The notes: generated by a model not told the origin, from the sequence alone. Shown: positions 18,098-27,486, numbered from the stretch's first letter. The stretch is DNA of 64,000 nucleotides from Deltaproteobacteria bacterium (GCA_016182965.1 JACPFM010000071.1:3181-67180); one strand, 5' to 3'. Numbers and translations are program-made.

Positions 18098-19672
18098 TCA
18101 CCTTCGCCGGGTGGCGTCGAGCGCGGCGCGGACCGCCTGCAGGATCTCGCCGCGCGTGGCCGGCTTGAGGAGCACGTCGTCGACGCGCTCCGCCTCTTCC
18201 GGCGGCGGCTCCTGTCCGGTGAAGAGGATCACCGCGGCGCCCGGGGCGCGCGCGCGCACCGCGCCGACGACGGTGTCGCCGATGCCGCCCGGCATCGAGC
18301 GGTCGAGCAGGACCAGATCGAGGCCTGCGTGCAGGCACCCGATCGCCTCGGCCGCGCTGGCGGCCCGCGTGGTGTGGAAGCCGGCGTCCTCCAGCAGCAT
18401 CGCGACGGCGTCGCGGACGCCGGGCTCGTCGTCGACGATCAGGACCTTCTCCCCCCGGCCGACGGGCGCCTCGCCGCTCGGGCGTTCGCTCCGCAGATCG
18501 TCGCGCTTGGCGATCGGGAGCAGGAGGTCGAAGGTCGTGCCCCAGCCGGGGATCGAGCTGCACGCGAGGAAGCCCTCATGCTCGTCGACGGCGGCCCACG
18601 CGGTCGAGAGGCCGAGGCCGGTGCCGCGGCCGACGTCCTTCGTCGTGAAGAAAGGCTCGAAGATGCGGCGGCGGACCTCCTCGGTCATCCCGATCCCGTC
18701 GTCCTCGACGCGAACGCGCGCGAACCGTTCGTCCGCCCTCGCCGCGGGGACGGCGCCCGACGCCGCGTCGCGTCCGGGCGCGACGTCGACGGTCACCCGG
18801 ATGCGCGGCGCGCGGTGGCCGCGATCGACCACCGCGTCGCGCGCGTTGATCAGCAGGTTGAGGATGACCTGCTCGATCTCGCCCGGATCGGCGTGCACGC
18901 AGGCGCCCTCGGCGCGATCGATCACCTCGAGCACGACGTGGTGCGGGAACAGCTGACGGCAGATGCCGACCGCGTGCCCTGCGATGCGCGCGAGCGGCTC
19001 GGTGCGCCGGGGCGCGCCGCGCCGATGACCGGCGAAGGCCATCAGCTGTCGCACCATCTCGGCCGCGCGGAAGCCCGCCTCGGCGGCCTCGTCGACGATC
19101 TGCTGGCGCGGCGGCGGCAGCAGCGGACGCACCAGCTCGAGCGCCGGCAGGATCGCGGCGAGCATGTTGTTGAAGTTGTGCGCGACGCCGGACGCGAGCT
19201 GGCCGACGGCCTCGAGGCGCTGCGCCTCGCGGAGCCGCTCCTCGCGCTCGCGGCTCTCGGTGACGTCGACCGCGACGATCACCGCGGTGCGCCCGCCGTC
19301 CGGCTCCGCGATCGGCGCGGCCCAGCACTCGAGCTGCAGCGGCCGACCGTTCGGCGCCGCGAAGCGCGCGCGGTAGTGCGCCGGAGCGCCGGTGGCGATG
19401 GCGTCTCGCACATCCGCTGGCCGCGCGCCGTCGGCGCGCATCAGGTCGTCGACGTGCGCGCCGATCACCTGCTCGCGCGTGATGCCGGGCTGCTCACGGT
19501 TGATCGATCGGACGCGCAGGTCCTCGCCCACGTGCAGGACGAAGCCCGGGACCGCCTCGAGCAGCGCCTCGAGGAAGCGCACGCTGGCGCGCGCGCGCTC
19601 CAGATCCGCCTCCAGGTCCTCGGTCCGCGCGAGCAGCGATCTCCCCTCGTCGTCCTCCCGATTCGCAGTCAC
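18098..19672 (-). CDS. Hybrid sensor histidine kinase (PAS-HisKA-HATPase_c-REC)
   Basis: H-box GQLASGVAHNFNNML; N/G boxes ...NLLINARDA..., DDGIGM, FEPFFTTK, GTGLGLS. C-terminal receiver KVLIVDDEPGVRD...LVLLDRSMPG...LLKP. Confidence 0.9.
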   Translation of the reverse strand: MTANREDDEGRSLLARTEDLEADLERARASVRFLEALLEAVPGFVLHVGEDLRVRSINREQPGITREQVIGAHVDDLMRADGARPADVRDAIATGAPAHYRARFAAPNGRPLQLECWAAPIAEPDGGRTAVIVAVDVTESREREERLREAQRLEAVGQLASGVAHNFNNMLAAILPALELVRPLLPPPRQQIVDEAAEAGFRAAEMVRQLMAFAGHRRGAPRRTEPLARIAGHAVGICRQLFPHHVVLEVIDRAEGACVHADPGEIEQVILNLLINARDAVVDRGHRAPRIRVTVDVAPGRDAASGAVPAARADERFARVRVEDDGIGMTEEVRRRIFEPFFTTKDVGRGTGLGLSTAWAAVDEHEGFLACSSIPGWGTTFDLLLPIAKRDDLRSERPSGEAPVGRGEKVLIVDDEPGVRDAVAMLLEDAGFHTTRAASAAEAIGCLHAGLDLVLLDRSMPGGIGDTVVGAVRARAPGAAVILFTGQEPPPEEAERVDDVLLKPATRGEILQAVRAALDATRRR

Positions 19673-19720
19673 TCAGGGAGAATACGAAAAATACCGGGGG
19701 CCGCACGTTCTGAGTGTGGA

Positions 19721-20725
19721 CTACAGCTCGTTCAATCCGGATAAGAGGCGGGGGCCGAAATAGAGCCACATGCGGAAGTCGGTGCGCGAGTCGGTGGTGA
19801 AAGTGCGACCCACGCCCGCCCCGATGGCGAACCACCCGGACGCGTCGAGGAGGAGCCCGGCGCCGAGCGCCTGGTAGTTGATCCGCACCGTCGTGCCGTT
19901 GCTCAAGGTCTGGGTGTCGTTGGGCACGAGCAGGTTCCACGCGGCGAACGCGCTCGCTCCGACGTACCCGCGCGACGATCCGGAGGGGAACCACTTCCAA
20001 CCGAGCGCGACGGCGACGGGGGTCACCCCGATGCGGTAGCCGCCGGGCGAGGAGGACAGATCGGTCGTGAACATCGGGAGGGGGAACCAGACGACCCGTC
20101 CGTTGCCGTACGCCTCGAACGGGCGCCGCCAGACCAGCGGCGAGCGCACCGGCTTGTCTTCGACGATCGCCTTCTCGGCGCCGGCGACGACCAGGGTCAT
20201 CGTCGTGCCGTTCGAGAGCGCCGCGTCGCGGCCGAGCTTCGCGGTCCGCAACGCCAGGGCGAGATCGCAGTCGGCCCCGAGCTTGAGCGTCTTCCCCGAG
20301 TCGACGTGGACCGACGCCTCGAGGCCGCACTCCTTGGGCTCGATCGCCTCGCGTCCGCTGTCTCCCTTCCGGGTGCACAGCGCGACGAGCATCTCGTCGT
20401 CCGCGATTTCGGTCGGCGCGGAGGTCTCGGGCACCTTGAGGTTGCGGCAGCGCTTCTCGAGGAAGGTGACGAGCGCGGCGGCCTCGAGCTGCGCGAGATC
20501 CTCCGGAGGACAGGCGGCGATCTCCAGCCGCGCCTTCTCGGTCTTCGGCTTCGGTGCGTCGGGCGCGAGGTCCGGCGCCGGTTCCGCCTCGACCTTCGGC
20601 TTGGTCGCAGGCGGCTTCTTCGGTTTCGCAGCGAGCGCGGGCGTAGGGCCGACCGCGAGCACGGGCGCCACGATCACGGCGGCAGCGAACAGCCGAAGTC
20701 GGCGCACGTTCACCCTTTCTATCAC
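19721..20725 (-). CDS. Secreted hypothetical protein, possibly with a beta-barrel-like C-terminus
   Basis: Signal peptide, a Lys/Pro-rich linker (AAKPKKPPATKPKVEAEP), and a C-terminal half with alternating hydrophobic pattern ending ...MWLYFGPRLLSGLNEL. Confidence 0.6.
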   Translation of the reverse strand: MIERVNVRRLRLFAAAVIVAPVLAVGPTPALAAKPKKPPATKPKVEAEPAPDLAPDAPKPKTEKARLEIAACPPEDLAQLEAAALVTFLEKRCRNLKVPETSAPTEIADDEMLVALCTRKGDSGREAIEPKECGLEASVHVDSGKTLKLGADCDLALALRTAKLGRDAALSNGTTMTLVVAGAEKAIVEDKPVRSPLVWRRPFEAYGNGRVVWFPLPMFTTDLSSSPGGYRIGVTPVAVALGWKWFPSGSSRGYVGASAFAAWNLLVPNDTQTLSNGTTVRINYQALGAGLLLDASGWFAIGAGVGRTFTTDSRTDFRMWLYFGPRLLSGLNEL

Positions 20726-20797
20726 TCCGTGCGTCTCGGAGGGGTTCGATCCCCGCGGACCCTTTGCTACCCTCGGGACCCGTTCCGCCGGGCCCGG

Positions 20798-22477
20798 ATG
20801 ACCGCCTCCCTCGCCGATCCGCCGTCGACGCGCTCCGTCGCTGCTTCACCCGAAGCCGGCGTGGCGACCCTCGCGTCGGTCGCCTCCTTCCCGGCGACCC
20901 CCGAAGAGGGCGAGTGCGCCTGCGCCGACGACCACGCGCGGCCGAGCGTCGCCGAGGTGATCCGCGCGCGGGCGGCGCGCGTGATCGCGATCAAGCCCGT
21001 GCGCGCGGCGCTGTCGTTCCTCGCGATCGCCCTCGTGCCGTACCTGCACCCGCGGCTCGCGTCGCTGCGGCTTCTGACGTTCGGTGGCCCGGGCGCGCAG
21101 CCCGCCGCGATCGCCGACGGTCCGACCGGCATCGTCCCCGAGTACGGCGAGCTCACGCTGGCCGAGGCGCGCAACGACGAGCCGCCGATCCTCGACGATC
21201 ATGACGGCCACGGCGACGACGCGCCGATGGTCGTCGCCGCCGCCGCGTCGGCGCAGGCCAAGCAGCCGGTGGTGCTGAGCGATCTCGCGAAGGCCGTCGG
21301 CGCCAACCACCGCGTCGTCGAGGATCCCTCGGGCGGCGCCATGCGCGCGTTCCACGCGTCGCTGGAGCTCACCGAGCGCGGCGCGCCGAAGGCCATCACG
21401 CGGGTCGCCCACTACGGCGATTCGCTGCTCGTGTCCGACTTCATGTCTTCGACCCTACGTCGCCGATTCCAGCAGCGTTTCGGCGACGCCGGCCACGGCT
21501 TCGTGCTCATGGCCAAGCCGTGGGCCTGGTACTTCCACCAGGACGTCTCGCACTGGTCGAGCGACGGCTGGAAGGTCCACCGCATCGTCAACCCGCGCAT
21601 CGGCGACGAGCTCTACGGCTACGGCGGCGCCACCTTCCGCGCGCTCGAGGGCGGGGTGAAGGCGGGCTTCGGCACGGCCAAGCCGGTGCCCGGCGATCCG
21701 AAGAGCGAGAAGGAGGCGTTCGGGCGCCGGGTCTCGCGCTTCGAGGTCCATTACCTCGAGCAGCCCGACGGCGGCTCGTTCGATCTCCTGCTCGACGGAA
21801 AGAAGGTGCAGACCGTCTCGACGCGCGCCAAGCCCGGCGAGCCCAAGCGGCTGGCCATCGCGCGCGTCCCCGCCGAGGACGGCGAGCACGCGCTCGAGGT
21901 GCGCGCGCACGGCGGCTCGGAGGCGCGGTTCTTCGGCGTGACGCTCGAGCGCGACGTGCCCGGCGTCGTGTGGGACGCCCTCGGGGTCAACGGCGGCCGC
22001 GCGCGCATCCTCGACGTCAACGACGCGGGGCACTGGGCAGAAAGCCTGCGAGCTCGCGCACCTGCGCTGGTGATCCTCCAGTACGGCACCAACGAGTCCG
22101 AGGACACCGGCTACCCCGAGGCGCAGTACGAAGCGACGCTCGAGACCGTGCTGCGGCGCGTGCGCTCCGCGGTGCCGGAGTCCTCCTGCCTCGTGGTCGG
22201 CGCGATGGACCGCGCCGGCTACGGCGTCGGCGGCCTCGAGACGCGCCCGATCATCCCCAAGCTCGTCGCCATGCAGCGCAAGGTCGCCTTCAAGGTCGGG
22301 TGCGCGTTCTGGGATGCCTACCTCGCGATGGGCGGCTCCGGCTCGATGGGGCGCTGGTCGCGCGCGACGCCGAAGCTCGGCGGCGGCGATCTGACCCACC
22401 CGACCTCGACCGGCGCGACGCTCCTCGGCGATCTCCTCTACGCGGCGCTGCTCGAGGGCTACGCCGAGCGCCGCTGA
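20798..22477 (+). CDS. Membrane-anchored SGNH/GDSL-like hydrolase or acyltransferase, partner of the adjacent MBOAT
   Basis: N-terminal TM (AALSFLAIALVPYL). Blocks HYGDSLL, ALGVNGG, LQYGTNES and GGGDLTHPT resemble SGNH blocks I, II, III and V. The stop lies 4 nt before the MBOAT start. Confidence 0.7.
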   Translation: MTASLADPPSTRSVAASPEAGVATLASVASFPATPEEGECACADDHARPSVAEVIRARAARVIAIKPVRAALSFLAIALVPYLHPRLASLRLLTFGGPGAQPAAIADGPTGIVPEYGELTLAEARNDEPPILDDHDGHGDDAPMVVAAAASAQAKQPVVLSDLAKAVGANHRVVEDPSGGAMRAFHASLELTERGAPKAITRVAHYGDSLLVSDFMSSTLRRRFQQRFGDAGHGFVLMAKPWAWYFHQDVSHWSSDGWKVHRIVNPRIGDELYGYGGATFRALEGGVKAGFGTAKPVPGDPKSEKEAFGRRVSRFEVHYLEQPDGGSFDLLLDGKKVQTVSTRAKPGEPKRLAIARVPAEDGEHALEVRAHGGSEARFFGVTLERDVPGVVWDALGVNGGRARILDVNDAGHWAESLRARAPALVILQYGTNESEDTGYPEAQYEATLETVLRRVRSAVPESSCLVVGAMDRAGYGVGGLETRPIIPKLVAMQRKVAFKVGCAFWDAYLAMGGSGSMGRWSRATPKLGGGDLTHPTSTGATLLGDLLYAALLEGYAERR

Positions 22478-22481
22478 CGTC

Positions 22482-24017
22482 GTGTCCTTCATCTCGCTCC
22501 AGTACGCGCTCTTCTTCACGGCGATCTTCGTCGTGTTCTGGGCGCTGCGGCGGCGGCACCTCGAGCGGACGGTCGCGCTGGTGGTCGTCTCGGCGTGGTT
22601 CTACACGCGGTTCGACTACGGCCCGTCGCACCCGCGGCTCGGGTGGACCTACCTCGCGATCCTCTTCTGCTCGGCCGTCATCGACTTCGGGTTGTCGCAG
22701 GCGATCCACGGGGTCGACACGACGCCGCGCGCGCTCTCGGATCGAACGTGGGGCGAGCGACGGCGCAAGCGCCTGCTGCTCGTCTCGATCGTCTACAACC
22801 TCGGTGTCCTCGCCTGGTTCAAGTACACGAACTTCGGCCTGGAGACCGCGCGTCACCTGCTCGAGGCGGTCGGGGTGCACGTCGCGCCGCGCACGCTGCA
22901 GATCGTGCTGCCCATCGGCATCAGCTTCTTCACGTTCGAGACGATGAGCTACACGATCGACGTCTATCGTCGCGAGCTCGTGCCGCCCCGCGGGCGGGGC
23001 GAAGGGCTCGACGCGCTCCGGTCGTGGTCGGGCGCCTTCCTCGAGTACCTGCTGTTCATCAGCTTCTTCCCGCACCTGGTCGCCGGCCCGATCATCCGTC
23101 CCAAGGACATGCTCCCCCAGCTCCGGCGCGATCCGGAGCTGAACGAGGACCGCGCCTCCGAGGGGCTCTTCCTCATCGCCGCCGGCCTCCTGAAGAAGGT
23201 GGTCATCGCCGACTACCTCGCCCTCAACCACGTCGACCGGGTCTTCGACCGGCCCGAGTGGTTCAGCGCGCCCGAGGCGCTGGCCGCGGTCTACGGATAC
23301 GCGCTCCAGATCTACTGCGACTTCTCCGGGTACACCGACATCGCGCTCGGGTCGGCGCTCCTGCTCGGCATCGTCCTGCCGAAGAACTTCGACAGCCCCT
23401 ACAAGTCGCGGAGCCTCCAGGAGTTCTGGCACCGCTGGCACATCTCCCTGTCGAGCTGGCTGCGCGACTACCTCTACATCCCGCTCGGCGGCTCGCACGG
23501 TGGTCCGTGGAAGACCTACCGGAACCTGATGATCACGATGCTCCTCGGCGGGCTGTGGCACGGAGCCTCGTGGAACTTCGTCGTATGGGGCGCGCTGCAC
23601 GGGGCGGCGCTCTCGGTCACGCGCATGTGGCAGCGCCGGCGCGAGCGGCCTTCCCGTGACGGCGAGCGACCCGCCACGCGGCCGACGGTCGAGATCCTGC
23701 AGGGCGTGCTCACCTTCCATTACGTGTGCCTCGCCTGGATCTTCTTCCGGGCCGACGGGTTCGCCCGGGCGCGGATGATGCTCCGTCAGATCGCGTTCGG
23801 CGGCTGGCACGTGACCAACCTCTCGCGCGGGGTGGTGCTGATCCTCGCGCTCGGGTTCGTCACCCACCTCCTGCCCGACGGGTGGTACGAGCGGGCCCGC
23901 CGCGGGTTCGTCTCGCTGCCGGCGCCGGCGCAGGGCGCGCTGATGTTCCTCGTGGCGCTCGTGGTGAAGACCGTGGCGAGCACCCAGGTGGTGCCGTTCG
24001 TCTACTTCCAGTTCTGA
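22482..24017 (+). CDS. MBOAT family O-acyltransferase (AlgI/DltB/PatA-like)
   Basis: 511 aa polytopic protein. ...FFPHLVAGPI..., ...FWHRWHISLSSWLRDYLYIPLGGS..., ...LLGGLWHGASWNFVVWG.... The conserved His region is typical of AlgI/PatA. Confidence 0.9.
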   Translation: MSFISLQYALFFTAIFVVFWALRRRHLERTVALVVVSAWFYTRFDYGPSHPRLGWTYLAILFCSAVIDFGLSQAIHGVDTTPRALSDRTWGERRRKRLLLVSIVYNLGVLAWFKYTNFGLETARHLLEAVGVHVAPRTLQIVLPIGISFFTFETMSYTIDVYRRELVPPRGRGEGLDALRSWSGAFLEYLLFISFFPHLVAGPIIRPKDMLPQLRRDPELNEDRASEGLFLIAAGLLKKVVIADYLALNHVDRVFDRPEWFSAPEALAAVYGYALQIYCDFSGYTDIALGSALLLGIVLPKNFDSPYKSRSLQEFWHRWHISLSSWLRDYLYIPLGGSHGGPWKTYRNLMITMLLGGLWHGASWNFVVWGALHGAALSVTRMWQRRRERPSRDGERPATRPTVEILQGVLTFHYVCLAWIFFRADGFARARMMLRQIAFGGWHVTNLSRGVVLILALGFVTHLLPDGWYERARRGFVSLPAPAQGALMFLVALVVKTVASTQVVPFVYFQF

Positions 24018-24065
24018 CCGCGCAGAACTCCATCCGAGGGGTCGGGCTCTGCTAGGTAGCGGCGC

Positions 24066-24776
24066 ATGCGTCGCATCGGGGTCGGGATCGCGTCGATCGT
24101 CGGGAGCTTCGTCGTCTACGGGGCGCACGTCGCCTGCGGCGGCGGGGCGCGGCTGATGCCCGCGGCGCCGGCCCAGACCTCGCCGGCTCCCACTCCGACG
24201 GGAGTGACGACCGTGGTCGCGCCGTCCCCCGCGCCGTCGGCCCCGCCTGTCTCTGCCAGTGCCAGCGGGGCGCCGGCGCACGAGCCGTGTGCGTGCGCCT
24301 CCCCGAAGACCTCGGCCTTCTTCCTGGTGTCGGGCGACGAGAAGCTGGTGATCGATCCGCTCGACGCGCAGGCGACGCTCGACATCTCCTACACCCGTGG
24401 TGCTTCGGGCAAGCGCGTGGTCGTGCTGACCGGTGTGGTGCGCGGGTACCGGAGCGACGTCCCCGCCGAGCGACCGACCACGTTCGGGATCCGCCTCTCG
24501 CTCGCGGACGGCGCGCCGGGGACCGCGCCCCCGATCGACGAGGTCGCGGCGCACGTGAGCACCTGGGGTGCCGCCGGCGCCGTCGCGCCGAGGGTCTACG
24601 CGGTCGTCGCCAAGAGCACGCTGGCCACGACCATCACCGACGCGCTCGTCGAGATCCGGGGGTCCTTGACCCTGAAGGACCCGGCGTCCGGCCGGTCGAT
24701 CACGCTCGACAAGCTGTCGCTCCGGAAGGCAGGCAGCGCGCTGTTGCCCGAGAGATCCGGCGTGTTTCGGCCCTGA
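24066..24776 (+). CDS. Hypothetical secreted or anchored protein
   Basis: N-terminal hydrophobic segment and a Pro/Ala/Ser linker. No recognisable motif. Directly follows the MBOAT gene. Confidence 0.55.
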   Translation: MRRIGVGIASIVGSFVVYGAHVACGGGARLMPAAPAQTSPAPTPTGVTTVVAPSPAPSAPPVSASASGAPAHEPCACASPKTSAFFLVSGDEKLVIDPLDAQATLDISYTRGASGKRVVVLTGVVRGYRSDVPAERPTTFGIRLSLADGAPGTAPPIDEVAAHVSTWGAAGAVAPRVYAVVAKSTLATTITDALVEIRGSLTLKDPASGRSITLDKLSLRKAGSALLPERSGVFRP

Positions 24777-24865
24777 TCGCGAGCGCCGCGCAGCAGCTGC
24801 GCGCCCCGCGTCGGCGTGGCCTTCGCGCTCCGCGTTCGGACGGTGAACGAGCTCGGTGAGGTGTC

Positions 24866-24969
24866 GAGTCCGCAGGACGAGCGGGTCAACCGAGTCCGCA
24901 GGACGAGCGGGTCAACCGAGTCCGCAGGACGAGCGGGTCAACCGAGTCCGCAGGACGAGCGGGTGGTCC
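24866..24969. repeat. 4 x 26-bp direct tandem repeat (non-coding)
   Basis: The unit gagtccgcaggacgagcgggtcaacc occurs three times perfectly, plus a fourth copy that diverges at its 3' end. The 26-bp period is not divisible by 3. Confidence 0.9.
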
Positions 24970-25039
24970 ATCGCGTGTCGTCGCCTCGCCTCGTCACCCG
25001 GGGTGGTCGTCGACGCCCCGAGGGTCCGGTCGTCGGACC

Positions 25040-25118
25040 TCGGTTGCACCTCGCGCGCACTCGGTTGCACCTCGGGTGCATCTCGGGTGCATCTCGTGTG
25101 CATCTCGTGCGACCTCCG
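25040..25118. repeat. Helically phased short direct repeats, TGCA(C/T)CTCG cores at 21-, 11-, 11- and 11-bp spacing
   Basis: tcggttgcacctcg x2 (25040, 25061), then ggtgcatctcg x2, tgtgcatctcg and a degenerate tgcgacctccg. An A9 tract follows at 25174-25182. Confidence 0.85.
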
Positions 25119-25370
25119 CATCGACGTCATCGAGGTGTGTTCGATTCGACACGCGCACGTCGACCTCACGTCGAAAAAAAAATGCATCGATCGTCAACAT
25201 CGAACTCGACGACTGCGATCACGTCTGGTTAACATCCTCGTCATGCAACACGCGTCGGCATCATGCGCGACGCGAAAGCGCGCAGAGCCATCCGACGAAC
25301 CGAGCACGCGCGATGAGGCGCGACGAGGCGACGGGTGGGGGCGCGTGAGAGCAACCTGAGGAGGCTCACC

Positions 25371-25688
25371 ATGATCGAAGAGACCAAGAGCGAGGGCGAG
25401 GTCGTCACGATGACCGTCGCTCGTCCCGCCGAGATGGCCGCCAAGAAGGGCGCCAAGCGCGGCGCGAAGAAGGCCGCCAAGAAGGCGGGCGCGAAGAAGG
25501 CCGCCAAGAAGGCGGGCGCGAAGAAGGCCGCCAAGAAGGGCGGCGCGAAGAAGGCCGCCAAGAAGGCGGGCGCGAAGAAGGGCGCCAAGAAGGCCGCCGC
25601 GAAGCGTGGTGGCAAGAAGGGCGGCAAGCGCGGTGGCAAGAAGGCCGCTGCGCCGGCTGCGCCGAAGGCTGGCGGCGAGGAGGAGTGA
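25371..25688 (+). CDS. Histone H1-like / AlgP-like Lys-Ala repeat DNA-binding protein
   Basis: Strong SD gaggagg 6 nt upstream of ATG 25371. 105 aa, of which about 70% is AKKAAKKAG-type repeat encoded by ~27-bp DNA repeats. Acidic ends. Confidence 0.8.
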   Translation: MIEETKSEGEVVTMTVARPAEMAAKKGAKRGAKKAAKKAGAKKAAKKAGAKKAAKKGGAKKAAKKAGAKKGAKKAAAKRGGKKGGKRGGKKAAAPAAPKAGGEEE

Positions 25689-25703
25689 TCCTCCGCGCGC
25701 GCG

Positions 25704-25722
25704 CGAGCCGGACTCCGGCTCG
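25704..25722. terminator. Candidate bidirectional terminator hairpin between convergent genes
   Basis: cgagccgg-act-ccggctcg (8-bp GC stem) in the 43-nt gap between a + gene (stop 25688) and a - gene (stop 25732). No U-tract. Confidence 0.35.
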
Positions 25723-25731
25723 TGAGGCGCG

Positions 25732-26073
25732 TCAGGTCGCCGGGTGACCGGCGCCACGGGCGGGGAGGCTTCGGCCTCCCCGTTTCGTCTTTTGTCTCGG
25801 CGTCCCGTCTCGACGCCGTCGGATCGCGAGCTCGAGCGCGACGACGAGCGCGCCGATCGCGGGCGCGCGACCCGCACCGGAAGACCCGCAGCTGCAACCG
25901 CCGGTGTCGGCGAGGAAGGGCTGCGGGATCGGGAGAATCGCGCCGGTGTCCTCCTGGAACGGACCGGGATCGAAGCCGCCGTCCTCGAGCTGCGCGCGCG
26001 CCACGATCGGCGCGGTGGCGATGAGCACCAGGGTGGCGATCGATCCGGCGAGCGTCGAGGTCCTCCGCATCAC
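25732..26073 (-). CDS. Small secreted protein with a MYXO-CTERM-like anchor
   Basis: Signal peptide MMRRTSTLAGSIATLVLIATAPIVARA. C-terminal GGCSCGSSG...IGALVVALELAIRRRR, followed by a 30-aa basic tail. Confidence 0.55.
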   Translation of the reverse strand: MMRRTSTLAGSIATLVLIATAPIVARAQLEDGGFDPGPFQEDTGAILPIPQPFLADTGGCSCGSSGAGRAPAIGALVVALELAIRRRRDGTPRQKTKRGGRSLPARGAGHPAT

Positions 26074-26177
26074 TCCTCCTCGTGGCGGCCAGGAGACGGG
26101 AGGAGCTCAGGCAAAAGACGGGCGCAGCCGCTCTCACGGCCGCGCCCGGATCGAATCGGCTCGATCTCGTGCGTGCG

Positions 26178-26438
26178 TCACACCAGCGCGCGGCGCCGTG
26201 CGATCGCGTGGTAGCCCGCGACGAGGATCACCGCACCGAGCAGCGACATGAAGAAGCCGCCGGTGGTCTCGCCCTCGCTGTAGATGCCGAGCGCGCGACC
26301 GAGCAGCGCGCCTAGCAGCGAACCGGCGACGCCGAGCAGCATCGAGACGACCCAGCCGCCACGCTCGGCGCCCGGGACGATGAAGCGCGCGATCGCGCCG
26401 ACGATGAGACCGAACAGCAGAAACAGGATGATGCTCAC
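26178..26438 (-). CDS. GlsB/YeaQ/YmgE family (transglycosylase-associated) stress membrane protein
   Basis: 86 aa. MSIILFLLFGLIVGAIARFIVPG...GWVVSMLLGVAGSLLGALLG... is the classic family pattern. Confidence 0.85.
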   Translation of the reverse strand: MSIILFLLFGLIVGAIARFIVPGAERGGWVVSMLLGVAGSLLGALLGRALGIYSEGETTGGFFMSLLGAVILVAGYHAIARRRALV

Positions 26439-26661
26439 GGTTCCCTCCTGAAGATGGGGGGCCGCCCCTCAGGGCGGCAGTGGGTATCCCAGGCGAGGCG
26501 GTCAGACCGCCACCGTTCACGCCGACCAGTGCGCGGACGAACTGAGTTCAAGCAGCGGCCGTGCCGCGCGAGGTGGACACGCTTCGACTCCGCTGGGGTG
26601 ACACGGCGCTCCCGGGGAACACGCTTTCGGACCCATCCGTGCCGCAGTACGGGCGTGAACG

Positions 26662-27486
26662 GTGCTGCCTCTGATCACGGTCCTCGCGATCTCGCTCGTC
26701 GCTGGCTACGGAGGAGCCCTCCTCGGGCTCGGCGGCGGGATCTTGATCGTGCCCGCCCTGACGCTGGGTCTCGGCGTCCCCATCCGTGTCGCCATCGGGG
26801 CGAGCCTCGTGTCCGTGGTGGCGACGAGCGCCGGCGCGAGCGCCGCCTTCGTTCGCGACGGCTTCACCAACATCCGCGTCGCGATCACGCTGGAGGTCGC
26901 GACCGTCCTCGGATCGCTCGCCGGTTCGATGGTCACGGGGCTCATCACGCCGGCGGCGGTGCAGCTGCTGTTCGGGGTGGCGCTCGCGGGGAGCGCGATC
27001 GCCTCGCTGCGGATCCCGCACGACGAGGCCCGCGAGGTGGTCGCCGATCGCTGGTCGCGTCGTCTGCGGCTCGCCGGTTGGTACCCGGCGAAGGACGGCC
27101 GACGGATCGAGTACGAGGTGACCCGCGTGCCGCTCGGGCTCGGGCTCATGTTCGTCGCCGGCGCCACGAGCGGCCTGCTCGGGATAGGCGCCGGTGCCCT
27201 GAAGGTCGCCGCGATGGACCTCGGGATGAAGCTCCCGCTCAAGGTGTCGAGCGCGACCAGCAACTTCATGATCGGGGTGACCGCCGCGGCCGGCGCGCTC
27301 GTCTACCTCGTGCGCGGCGACGTCTCGGCGATGGTCGCCGGGCCGGTGGCGCTCGGCGTCGCGACCGGCGCGCTGCTCGGCGGCCGCGCGCTCGTGAAGA
27401 CCGAGACGCGCCGCATTCGCCGGATCTTCGTGGTGGTCCTGGTGGTGATCTCGATCGAGATGGTGCGGAGGTCGATCTTCCCATGA
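26662..27486 (+). CDS. TauE/SafE (TSUP) family sulfite/anion exporter
   Basis: GTG start. GGALLGLGGGILIVPAL..., repeated in the second half as GLLGIGAGALKVAAM. 8 TM helices. Confidence 0.85.
   Translation: MLPLITVLAISLVAGYGGALLGLGGGILIVPALTLGLGVPIRVAIGASLVSVVATSAGASAAFVRDGFTNIRVAITLEVATVLGSLAGSMVTGLITPAAVQLLFGVALAGSAIASLRIPHDEAREVVADRWSRRLRLAGWYPAKDGRRIEYEVTRVPLGLGLMFVAGATSGLLGIGAGALKVAAMDLGMKLPLKVSSATSNFMIGVTAAAGALVYLVRGDVSAMVAGPVALGVATGALLGGRALVKTETRRIRRIFVVVLVVISIEMVRRSIFP

Noticed and set aside
24816-25359. 138-167-aa ORFs across the 26-bp and 11-bp repeat region
   Set aside because: The repeat period of 26 bp is not a multiple of 3, the frames are Arg/Ser-rich, and the region contains an A9 tract and AT-rich patches. 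It is treated as non-coding.
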